From an uncultured bacterium (GTDB lineage: Bacteria; Verrucomicrobiota; Kiritimatiellia; RFP12; UBA1067): 64,000 nt of DNA. The notes under the pieces are model-generated. The model ran no database searches. It had not been told where the DNA came from and saw only the letters and a list, made by a program, of their open reading frames with translations. Location of the stretch: NCBI GenBank assembly GCA_900547945.1, contig URIT01000004.1, positions 147 to 64,146 of the forward strand. The letters are read 5' to 3'. Positions 54,233-62,633 of the stretch are shown here, in pieces. Each line of letters starts with the position of its first letter. Position 1 is the first letter of the stretch. The position numbers were made by a program, and so were the translations under genes.

Positions 54233-55759
54233 ATGGCTCAATTGGAAAAGGTGACTGGCAGGGCGCTGATCGTGGCGACCCTTTCAGTTGGTATGGTGTT
54301 TTCGGCGGCGTTGGCAGAGGACTCGTTCTTGTTCTCCGGGCCTCCGGCGGAGGCGACGGTCAATGCGCCGGAGAAACCGGCGAATGTCAAGGTCGTCTAC
54401 GGACGCGGCACGGGCGAAACGAAGGAAGAGGCCGAGAAGGACGCCTGCCGGAATGCGGTTGAATTCGCGGTCGGAACATTCATCGACAGCGAAACCCAGC
54501 TCAAGAACGAGCAGCTGATCAAGGACGAGATCCTGTCGCATAGCAACGGCTACATCGAGAAGTACGAGGTGACGGGCGCTTCGCGCAGCAAGCGCGGGCT
54601 CGGCATTGAAGTGGACGTCAAGGCCTGGGTCAAGATTCAGGAGGCGCGGAAGAAGGTGCGTGACCTTGTGCCGGGCGATGCCCAGAAAGTTGACGGCATC
54701 GGCGGCATCACGTTCGCGAACGAATCGAAGGAGCGGCGCGACAAGTCGGCCGCCGCGCTCCTCAAGAAGGAGCTGGACGGCCTCGATCCTGTCCGCCAGC
54801 TCGTCAACGTCAAGCTTGCCTCGTCCAAGCCGACCGTTCTTGAGGGCAAAGAGGCGGAAGGCTGCGCGGCAAACGAGGTCATTCTTCGTTATTACTGCCA
54901 GTTCTACTTGATGCAGGATGTCTATTTCAAGCGGTTCATGCCGAGGTTTACGCAGATCCTGGAGCAGATTTCCGTTCACAAGCCCGTCACATTCCGCCCC
55001 GTTGCCAAGCGCCTTGGTGATTATTGGAGAAGAGACAACAGCGACTGGGTCAAGGGGTTGGGGAACGTTCCTGAGAGTTTCAACCACATAGATGTCGGTC
55101 TCTCCTGTTCACAGATGGATACGCTGTTGGGGCGTGATGGTCGTGTCGTTCCGTATTTGGGCAGCTGTTTTGCCTTGATGGATTATCGTCCGTCCTTGGT
55201 CGATTTGACGAAGAAGCTGAATGGTGGCACAAAGAATAGGCCGTCGTTTTCAAATCAAAATGAACCCTCACTGGGGCGTGTCGAGGTGATTACGAAATGC
55301 AATGCGTCTCTGACGGCAGCTCGCGGCAAGGCGTACTTCTTGGCACCACAGGTCTATGCCGTGTATTTGGCCTGGTTCAAGGAGCATTTCGTTGAAAGGT
55401 GGTATTTGGACGGGAAGAGGGTACGTGCTTCGGTCGATTACCTGCTTCGTCTCATGGATAAGGAAGGCGAGGAAGTCGCGTCCCGGAAGGTGCGCCTTTC
55501 GGAAGGTGGCGTCCTGTTTTGCGAAGATCGTCAGAATGAATATGAGTGGAAACAGCGTGGAGGAATCAATAGATTTCCGCCGTGCCTTGTCTGGGGACCG
55601 TGGTTGAACAGCGGTTCCGGTTCGTCGCGTGGGCCTTCGTCGAATAATGCGCCCGTGATTCACATGACAACGGTTATCCCGATTGACATCCGCATTTCAA
55701 AGGAAGACGCGTGGTTGGTCAAGTCGGTGTCCGTCTCGTTGGCGGAGGCCGTTGATTAA
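54233..55759 (+). CDS. Exported protein A: N-terminal LPP20-like module + ~330-aa unknown domain
   Basis: Signal peptide MAQLEKVTGRALIVATLSVGMVFSAALA. VVYGRGTGETKEEAEKDACRNAVEFAVGTFIDSETQLKNEQLIKDEILSHSNGYIEKYEV resembles the LPP20/FlgP family. AAGGAAA RBS before ATG 54233 (alternative ATG at 54218). Confidence 0.7.
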   Translation: MAQLEKVTGRALIVATLSVGMVFSAALAEDSFLFSGPPAEATVNAPEKPANVKVVYGRGTGETKEEAEKDACRNAVEFAVGTFIDSETQLKNEQLIKDEILSHSNGYIEKYEVTGASRSKRGLGIEVDVKAWVKIQEARKKVRDLVPGDAQKVDGIGGITFANESKERRDKSAAALLKKELDGLDPVRQLVNVKLASSKPTVLEGKEAEGCAANEVILRYYCQFYLMQDVYFKRFMPRFTQILEQISVHKPVTFRPVAKRLGDYWRRDNSDWVKGLGNVPESFNHIDVGLSCSQMDTLLGRDGRVVPYLGSCFALMDYRPSLVDLTKKLNGGTKNRPSFSNQNEPSLGRVEVITKCNASLTAARGKAYFLAPQVYAVYLAWFKEHFVERWYLDGKRVRASVDYLLRLMDKEGEEVASRKVRLSEGGVLFCEDRQNEYEWKQRGGINRFPPCLVWGPWLNSGSGSSRGPSSNNAPVIHMTTVIPIDIRISKEDAWLVKSVSVSLAEAVD

Positions 55760-55803
55760 ACGGAATCTTGGATTTGTTCTTTCGTGACTAAGGAGAAGTA
55801 AAA

Positions 55804-57543
55804 ATGAGAAGTACAGTGATTAGGGTTGTCTTTGCGGTATCGACTGCCATTGGTGTTCGTACCGTGATGGCACAAGAGTTTGGCGAAGAAGGAACATCTG
55901 TTCCCGCCGCAGAAACCGCCGAGACGGCTGAAGTCGCAGCTACCGCAACGCCGGAATCCTTTGAACAGGTTTCGGACGGTGGTATTGCCGCCGATCAGAA
56001 GGTCGTCGAAGAAGATGTGAAGGAGGTGCCCAAGTCGGCTACTGAGCAGCTTTCCCTCTATGTCGAGGAAAAAGGCTATATGCTCGGTACGTGGGACGAA
56101 ACGAAGGATCGTATTGTTGTCCAGGGGACCGTCAAATTTGACATCGCCAATCCGGAGGTGTCGTCCGAATACATCAAGCTCCGTGCAGAGAAGATGTCTG
56201 AGCTCCTCCTAAACGCGAAGGCGCAGATCATCAGCACGATCTTCTCGTCCATGTCGGCGGAGAGATCCCTCGACATTCCTGGCAATCCGATAGCCAAGCA
56301 GGTCGCCGTTGAAAACGAGAAGGTGGTAAGGCAACTCAAGGCTTCCCGTAGGCAACTGGAGCGGCTCGGCGCACACCTTGACGAGGCAACCGCCGCTAAG
56401 AACGGTATGACCACATCCGAGTGGATGGCTTCGATTTCGGCCTGGTTCACGTCTGCCGACAAGGAGAACCTTGCCGCAAAGTACGATGCCGACAAGAAGG
56501 AGTTGTATGCCAATGCCAAGGCTGACTTTGAGCGGGCCAAGGACGAGTATGACTCGATGCTGGAGAAGGCAGACAAGATCAAGGGGCGCATCGCGAAGAC
56601 CTTGAAGAGCAGGATCGGGCTTCTGTCCTCGATGCAGATTCACGGCTGCACCGTCCTTCAGCAGGCGGACTCCGTCACGGAAAAGAACGGCAGATATCAG
56701 TACGAGATCTGCATCCTTTACTCCTGGAGCGGTGAACGTATGGCCGCCTCTCAGGCCATTCTTGCCGCCAAGCCCGTGAAGTTCAAGGCCGGCAAGAATA
56801 CGGTACAGAAGTGGCTAGGGAACAAGAAGCGTTCAGGTGCGCTCGGAGACTGGATTGGCCCACGTTCCTACATTGACAAAGACGGCAATATCTGGTTCAT
56901 CGGTATCGCCGTAGCTCCGTGCAGTGACAACGCCGACCAGGAGGAGGAAAACCTCAAAATTGCGCGGCTTGAGGCCCGTGCCGAGATCGGTTATGCCATT
57001 TATGCGGATGCGAGTACCAAGCAGGATGTAGAAAAGCTGATGCAGGGCAAGGACACGAAGGGACTTGGCGTTGCCGACGAGTACAAGGTGTTCAAGGCGT
57101 ATAGTGAACAGACGATGGAACGTTTCGAAAACCTTCAGCTCTTTGGATGCGGCAAGTTGGGCGAGTACAAGGTCAAGGATGCCACCGGACAGGATATCTA
57201 CGCGGTGGTCTTTGGCATGAATGCCACGAACGCGAAGGCGATGAAGGACATCCATCGGAAGATGCACCAGGCCGGTCTGGAAATCAACGCCCAACAGGAA
57301 TTCGAGCGTGGTCGCCAGCAACGCATGCAGCAGCAGATGAGACAGTCCCGTAATGATGCGACCGCCCGTGCCGCCGGTGCACGCCAGGCTGACAAGGAGA
57401 CCCATGAGGCCGTAGCGAAGAAACGTGCCGCCACGAAGAGGGCTGCCGGTACCAACGTGGCGCCCACCCCTTCGGAAGCGACCCAGACGAAGGGGCGGCT
57501 CCAGTCTGGAACCCGCTTCATTGCGGATGAGGACGATGAATAG
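55804..57543 (+). CDS. Exported protein B: two LPP20-like modules separated by a coiled-coil region, with a Gln/Arg/Ala-rich basic tail
   Basis: Signal peptide (..RTVMA/QE). AAGGAGAAG RBS. Modules around IVVQGTVKF...LRAEKMSELLLNAKAQIISTIF and FIGIAVAPCSD...IARLEARAEIGYAIYADAS. Confidence 0.7.
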   Translation: MRSTVIRVVFAVSTAIGVRTVMAQEFGEEGTSVPAAETAETAEVAATATPESFEQVSDGGIAADQKVVEEDVKEVPKSATEQLSLYVEEKGYMLGTWDETKDRIVVQGTVKFDIANPEVSSEYIKLRAEKMSELLLNAKAQIISTIFSSMSAERSLDIPGNPIAKQVAVENEKVVRQLKASRRQLERLGAHLDEATAAKNGMTTSEWMASISAWFTSADKENLAAKYDADKKELYANAKADFERAKDEYDSMLEKADKIKGRIAKTLKSRIGLLSSMQIHGCTVLQQADSVTEKNGRYQYEICILYSWSGERMAASQAILAAKPVKFKAGKNTVQKWLGNKKRSGALGDWIGPRSYIDKDGNIWFIGIAVAPCSDNADQEEENLKIARLEARAEIGYAIYADASTKQDVEKLMQGKDTKGLGVADEYKVFKAYSEQTMERFENLQLFGCGKLGEYKVKDATGQDIYAVVFGMNATNAKAMKDIHRKMHQAGLEINAQQEFERGRQQRMQQQMRQSRNDATARAAGARQADKETHEAVAKKRAATKRAAGTNVAPTPSEATQTKGRLQSGTRFIADEDDE

Positions 57544-58897
57544 GGCTCTCCGCTTACTGGTTCTTGCTGTCGGTGCCACGGCTTTTCCGTGTGCATCGAC
57601 AGCGGGTTCGCTCACTGAGGCTTCCAGCATTTATCGTAGGAGCTTCAGGAGTTCGCCGCCCGCAGTCTATGAGGGAGGGGCATATCTGTTTGTCATCGTT
57701 GAGGATGATGAAGAGAAGTCAAGGGATGGCAGTATCAACGACATTGTACTGGCCGGCCAGCTTGAATTGTTGGAAAGATACATTGGTGGAACAAACGGGA
57801 ATGAAATATCCCCCTTTAGCGCCAAGGTCACGGAACAATTGATGCCACTTGCAGAGTTCCAGCTCCCGGACGTGCGGCGTTATCCGGTTGAGCGCAGGCG
57901 TACGGGTGGAAAGTTTCGTGATGTTACGGCCTTTGATTTAGCGCCAATAAAGGTCGAGAGGGAGAGGGTGTCGTCTGGGAAACCGATTAAACGAACGTTC
58001 TCCGACTGGCGAGATTTGCTGTGTTCCAAGATGGAGACGCTGTCGTCATCGGAAGAGAGGGAGCGTTTCTGTTCCCTGCTAGGGGCCACGACCATGTTGA
58101 CCGCCGGTAAGGGTGGTGTAGACTGTATGGGAGACCGTGTCGATTATGCGGCAATCGCAACAGTCTCTGCGACCTGGAGTACGACGAAGGCGGATGAAAC
58201 CATGTGTACGGTAATCCTGTCCGTGTACCCAACGTTCTCTCCTGCCCTGAGATGGCTGGCCGACCGGGACGCGGCCGACGGTGATTTTGTCCGAGCACTG
58301 GTAAAGGCGTTCAAGGCCAATGCCGAAAAAGGGGATCAGGGCGCTTATATTGCATCAAGATTCAATGTAATCGTGTCAAGGACTGGTTGTTTGGCGTGGA
58401 GCGAACTCGCCCGTTTGTTTGCGGACACGCAGGAGAAATCAGAGATCTTCAAGAATGGAGATTCGATTCACAAATATGCTCTTCGGACATTTGGTCGGAT
58501 GACGGCGAGGCTGTCGCCGCAGGATGACGGAGGTGCATTCAGAGAGGCGCAGACCTTGTTTGGGCAGGGGAAGGATTTGCCGAAGATCATTCAGCTTCTC
58601 GGAAGGGCCGTGTCAGCGAATCCTGCCGACGCCGTCGCATGGCGATACTATGGCGCGGCGCTCCGCGTCGCGGGTAAGTACTTTGATGCCGTCATTGCCT
58701 ACAATGAGGCGTTGACGTTCAATCCGAAGGATTCGGTTGCGGCGATGGATGTCTGTACCGTCTATCAGAAGCTCGGATTGACAGAACTTGCCAGTGGGAA
58801 TGCATGGTATGAAATCGTCACTTCGCAAGATGGAAAATGCGTTGACAAGGCCCTGGGAATTGTTAATGAGAATTGCAAAGATGTGTTCGGGAAGTAG
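57536..58897 (+). CDS. Exported protein C with C-terminal TPR repeats
   Basis: The start overlaps the stop of gene B (ATGAATAG). Signal peptide MNRALRLLVLAVGATAFPCASTA. TPR consensus in AVAWRYYGAALRVAGKYFDAVIAYNEALTFNPKD. Confidence 0.7.
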   Translation: MNRALRLLVLAVGATAFPCASTAGSLTEASSIYRRSFRSSPPAVYEGGAYLFVIVEDDEEKSRDGSINDIVLAGQLELLERYIGGTNGNEISPFSAKVTEQLMPLAEFQLPDVRRYPVERRRTGGKFRDVTAFDLAPIKVERERVSSGKPIKRTFSDWRDLLCSKMETLSSSEERERFCSLLGATTMLTAGKGGVDCMGDRVDYAAIATVSATWSTTKADETMCTVILSVYPTFSPALRWLADRDAADGDFVRALVKAFKANAEKGDQGAYIASRFNVIVSRTGCLAWSELARLFADTQEKSEIFKNGDSIHKYALRTFGRMTARLSPQDDGGAFREAQTLFGQGKDLPKIIQLLGRAVSANPADAVAWRYYGAALRVAGKYFDAVIAYNEALTFNPKDSVAAMDVCTVYQKLGLTELASGNAWYEIVTSQDGKCVDKALGIVNENCKDVFGK

Positions 58898-58908
58898 GGG
58901 AAGTAAGC

Positions 58909-59880
58909 ATGAAGTTTGTTCTCTCGCTGTTATTGGGGGTATTGTCCGTCAAGGGGGGGCTCGCTGGGGATGGGGAGTCTGCCGTTCAGGAAGTTCGCAG
59001 GGAACTTGATGAGCGTGGCCATGTGGAAGGGTTTAACGCAGCGACCGGTGAAGTCATTGGTGTCGGGTACGCTTCAGCGGACGAGAGTCAAATCCGGTCG
59101 GTCAATGGTGATTTCGACAAGTACATTGAGCTAACGACGATTGCTCGTTCAAAGGCATTGATGGAGGTGTCAAAGGCCATCAATCCAATCGTAAGCGCTG
59201 GGCGATCACTTGAGTCTGCCAGCCGTCCTGATTCGCGCTACAGGGCGTTGTCGCGGGTTGTCAGAATGAGGACGGAGGGGTGTCCTCTTGGATGCGTTGA
59301 AGTGGCGCGAGTTCGGAAGGTTTTCCAAGGCCGGAACCAAATTGCGATTGCGCTCAAATGGAGTCTGGCACTCGAAGAGGCGATGGTGAAGTCGTTTCTT
59401 GAGCCATTGGAGATTGATGATGAAGTTTTGGCGTTGTGGGCGAGGAAGCAAGATCTTGTTTCCATGCTCGGCCCCTGGCTCTGGACGGATGGCAAGGGCG
59501 GTACATGTTTCCTTGGCATCGGTGTGTCCGAGGTCTGGGGCGAAAACGCCGTGGCGAAACGAACGGCCTTGCGGCGTGCTGCGGTACACGCAAAGAAGCA
59601 TCTCGCGTATTGCTTCCTGGAAAATCTGACGGGTGAAGAGGTCGTGACCAAGGGGGTATGCAATAAGACTTCGGAGGGTGGGACGGTCCTTGCGCCTCGG
59701 CAGTCGTTCACGTATGAAATCAATCGTAACGCACATGGCATTCTCCCTTCTGGGGCACGCCAAATCTACTCAAGCTTCGATTTCAAATCCCCGATAACAG
59801 GAAAGCCTGTCTGCGTTTGTGTCTTTGCCCTCAAGGCTGTGGACGCAAGAAGCGAGATTCGCGACAAGTTTGTAGACTGA
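58909..59880 (+). CDS. Exported protein D: two LPP20-like modules
   Basis: Signal peptide MKFVLSLLLGVLSVKGGLA. VIGVGYASADES...ELTTIARSKALMEVSKAINPIVSAG and FLGIGVSEVWGENAVAKRTALRRAAVHAKKHLAYCF. Confidence 0.7.
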   Translation: MKFVLSLLLGVLSVKGGLAGDGESAVQEVRRELDERGHVEGFNAATGEVIGVGYASADESQIRSVNGDFDKYIELTTIARSKALMEVSKAINPIVSAGRSLESASRPDSRYRALSRVVRMRTEGCPLGCVEVARVRKVFQGRNQIAIALKWSLALEEAMVKSFLEPLEIDDEVLALWARKQDLVSMLGPWLWTDGKGGTCFLGIGVSEVWGENAVAKRTALRRAAVHAKKHLAYCFLENLTGEEVVTKGVCNKTSEGGTVLAPRQSFTYEINRNAHGILPSGARQIYSSFDFKSPITGKPVCVCVFALKAVDARSEIRDKFVD

Positions 59881-60012
59881 CATGTTACCGATTCTCGATA
59901 CTGTCATTGTGTATATTGCCCATCAAGTGATTGCTTGATGCGGCCACTCTTTCCGCCTTGCGGCTCAATGAGGTATTCCCAAACAAACCAGTAATCTTCA
60001 AGGAGGCATGAA

Positions 60013-62421
60013 ATGGCGAATAGAAATAATGCGAAGACTTCGGGGGGCGTTGTTGTTGGTCAAAGAAGGGCAGGTGAATCCTGCTCGGTTGAACTATCTG
60101 TTTTTGGAGGCGTGCTCAAAGTCTCAGCAGGACGTGCCGAGTACAGTCGCTTGCGCAAGCGGTTTGAGGAACTTGCCGATGTTGAAGTCGGGAAGGCCTC
60201 GTCGAGTATCGATAAGGCCGCCGAGGATGTGGATGTATTTTGTTCCAAAGGCAACTCATGGGCTCATCGTTACATTGGCAAGGCGGTTGACCTTGCGGTT
60301 GAGATCTTGATGGAAAATCGGTGTGTTGACATTGATCATGACACGTATGCCGAGAAGTACCTAGATGCGTCACCATGGGAACATGCGTTTGAAGTTCTGC
60401 GCGACGGTGTTGCCCAGATTGACGCCGAAGAAGAGGAACGAGAACAGGGTCGGCGGGAGCGTTCGGAATATGCCTACTATGACGATGAGCAGATTGCCCA
60501 GGGGGCTAAGAACGTTGTAGGCCGCTTGTTCTATGCCGCCGTTAACTCAAGTGCGAAAACCGATCTCTACAAAAAGAATAGAAAAGCGATGTTGCATGGC
60601 ATCCATTTCACAATCAAGACGGCGGTTGATGAATTGGTGGATTGTCTTGCGGACAATGGTCATGTGTTACCTGGCGCAAAGGTTGATAGGGCTTCCGGCG
60701 AAAAGGCAGAACGCCTGTTCAATAATCTGAAGACGGGTAAACTGCCGGGAGATGCGGATCATACAGCCCGTATGGAGATTCTTTCCCTTGATCCATACCG
60801 CCGTGATTTCTATGAACATATTTACGTGAATGAAGGCGACCCGTCGGGCGAATTGTGCGCGACGGCGGAATTCTTTGGGATTTCCCTTGACGACCTCAAG
60901 AAAAAAGCGTTCAAGAAACGGTTGGGCGACTGTCCCTACGAGACGGAGGAAGAAACCATTGAGTTCCGGAACAAAGCCGTGGCGTTGGGTGAAGAACTTC
61001 ATTTTGACCCTAAGGCTAAGCTGGACGAAATTGACGGAAAGCTGCGTGCCTTTGATGAGAAGGCCAGGACAGTCGACGACCGTATGTTTGATACACGTGA
61101 GGAGGCGGCCAAGCAGCGTGAATTGTCGGAGTTCGAATCAAAGATCAATCTTGACACTGAGGAAGCGGCGATCGCCTCCAAGAAGGATCTGCAGCGGTTC
61201 ATTCTAGAACTCGGTATTGACGGAGCGTGGAAGCTGGAGCGTGTCGATGCCGCGCTTAAAAAGTTCGACGAGATTGCCCGCACTGTTGACGACAGGCTTT
61301 TCGACACACGTGAGGAAGCGGCCAAACAGCGTGAACTGTCCGAGTTCGAAAAGAGGGTCAATCTGGATACGGAAGAAAATGCCATTGCCTCGAAGAAGGC
61401 TATCGAGGATAAGATTGCCAGGCTCGGGATTGGCGACGGAGATTGGAAACTGAAACGCGTCAATGCGGCACTGAAACGGTTTGACAAAATCGCCCGTACG
61501 ACATTCGGCATTATGTTCGATACGCGGGAAGAGGCGAAGTCGGCACTTGGGGAGCGCGAACTGTTTTACAAAGGCGTCGAAAAGGCGATTGCAGATGTGC
61601 GGCAGTCGTCTTTCTATACGGGGATGGCGATTCCGGACAAGAAACTCGGAAATGCGCGTGCGGCATTCCCGATTCCCGTTGACGAGTATGTTCTTGGTCT
61701 TACAGATACGACATTGTTCGGTTCAGGCAAGACGGGACTTGCAATTACGAAGTGGGGATTTCGTTGGAAGAACGACGGATCGACGCCGACTAATGTATCG
61801 TCTCTAGCATGGGGGGATTTTGCCAACATGCCAGTGGCTCCAACGGTTGTGAAGGGCGTGATCACCTTCTCGGGCGGGATGCGGTATGCCAATGGTGGTT
61901 CGAACGTCGATGATGAAAAGATGCTCAGCGTCATTGTAACGATTCATGGGTATTGCCGGGCCGCTACATTCTTCGTGAAGAAAACGGTAGAGGAACTTGC
62001 CTCAGAAGAGGCTGGCATGTCGTTCCGCCAGAAGATGGAACGTTTGATGCAACCAATCACCGACAGGGATTTCCTGTTTGGCGGGCGGATTCCGGAGAAG
62101 AAGTTGAACAAGGCGCGGGGAACCTGTCAGGTCGATGCGGACGATACCGTTCTTGCGCTTATCGATTCCACGCTCTTCGGGAGTGCAGCAACTGCGTTAC
62201 TTCTTTGCGAAAAGGGGGTCTACTGGCATAATAAGGATAGTATTGGTAAGTGTCATATCCCTTGGGGCAAGATTGATTCCCTCAAAGACATGATCTGTAT
62301 CCCAGAACGTGGGCGGCTTGTCTTTTCGCAGGGGAGCAGTTTTGTCGCTGGATCCGCGAATGTTGATCTTGAAAAGATAAAGAACCTTATTCTTGAAATT
62401 GGAAAGTTGGCGGTGTCGTGA
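60013..62421 (+). CDS. Cytoplasmic 802-aa protein E: helical N-domain, 3 tandem ~71-aa repeats, two bacterial PH-like domains
   Basis: AAGGAGG RBS 7 nt upstream; no signal peptide. Repeats contain FDTREEAAKQRELSEFE. Two copies of (V/T)(L/V)(G/A)L(T/I)D(T/S)TLFGS..(T/A)(G/A)L.(I/L)..(W/K)G(F/V).W.N... Confidence 0.75.
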   Translation: MANRNNAKTSGGVVVGQRRAGESCSVELSVFGGVLKVSAGRAEYSRLRKRFEELADVEVGKASSSIDKAAEDVDVFCSKGNSWAHRYIGKAVDLAVEILMENRCVDIDHDTYAEKYLDASPWEHAFEVLRDGVAQIDAEEEEREQGRRERSEYAYYDDEQIAQGAKNVVGRLFYAAVNSSAKTDLYKKNRKAMLHGIHFTIKTAVDELVDCLADNGHVLPGAKVDRASGEKAERLFNNLKTGKLPGDADHTARMEILSLDPYRRDFYEHIYVNEGDPSGELCATAEFFGISLDDLKKKAFKKRLGDCPYETEEETIEFRNKAVALGEELHFDPKAKLDEIDGKLRAFDEKARTVDDRMFDTREEAAKQRELSEFESKINLDTEEAAIASKKDLQRFILELGIDGAWKLERVDAALKKFDEIARTVDDRLFDTREEAAKQRELSEFEKRVNLDTEENAIASKKAIEDKIARLGIGDGDWKLKRVNAALKRFDKIARTTFGIMFDTREEAKSALGERELFYKGVEKAIADVRQSSFYTGMAIPDKKLGNARAAFPIPVDEYVLGLTDTTLFGSGKTGLAITKWGFRWKNDGSTPTNVSSLAWGDFANMPVAPTVVKGVITFSGGMRYANGGSNVDDEKMLSVIVTIHGYCRAATFFVKKTVEELASEEAGMSFRQKMERLMQPITDRDFLFGGRIPEKKLNKARGTCQVDADDTVLALIDSTLFGSAATALLLCEKGVYWHNKDSIGKCHIPWGKIDSLKDMICIPERGRLVFSQGSSFVAGSANVDLEKIKNLILEIGKLAVS
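61021..61590 (+). repeat. In-frame tandem coding repeats (units start at 61021, 61234, 61450; periods 213 and 216 nt)
   Basis: LDEIDGKLRAFDEKARTVDDRMFDTREEAAKQRELSEFESKINLDTEEAAIASKK... / LERVDAALKKFDEIARTVDDRLFDTREEAAKQRELSEFEKRVNLDTEENAIASKK... / LKRVNAALKRFDKIARTTFGIMFDTREEAKSALGE... Confidence 0.9.
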
Positions 62422-62633
62422 CTCGTGCTTTCAGGAGATTTCGGTCGGTGCGCTGTATGATGACGGGCACGCGTGTCGAGCAAGGATCCTTCTGATGCCA
62501 ATCGGAAAGCCGTGACCCTTGGCGCTGATGGGAAAGGTGCTGCGATGAGGGCTTCAAGACAATGGGAGACGGTTGGTTTCGCCTGGTAGAGAATCTTATG
62601 GAGTCTGACTTAAGTTAAACAAAGAGATTTGGC

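Noticed and set aside
59921-59940. Hairpin CATCAAG TGATTG CTTGATG between genes D and E, as an intrinsic terminator separating two operons
   Set aside because: The 7-bp stem is AT-rich and has no following U-tract. A weak TATATT -10-like element lies just upstream. The evidence is insufficient to call either a terminator or a promoter, so operon continuity between D and E is left open.
60008-60310. 100-aa ORF starting 5 nt upstream of gene E in another frame
   Set aside because: ATG 60008 is only 2 nt from the AAGGAGG RBS, whereas ATG 60013 has optimal 7-nt spacing. The product is Arg/Leu-rich with no features, and the ORF lies wholly inside a much better ORF.
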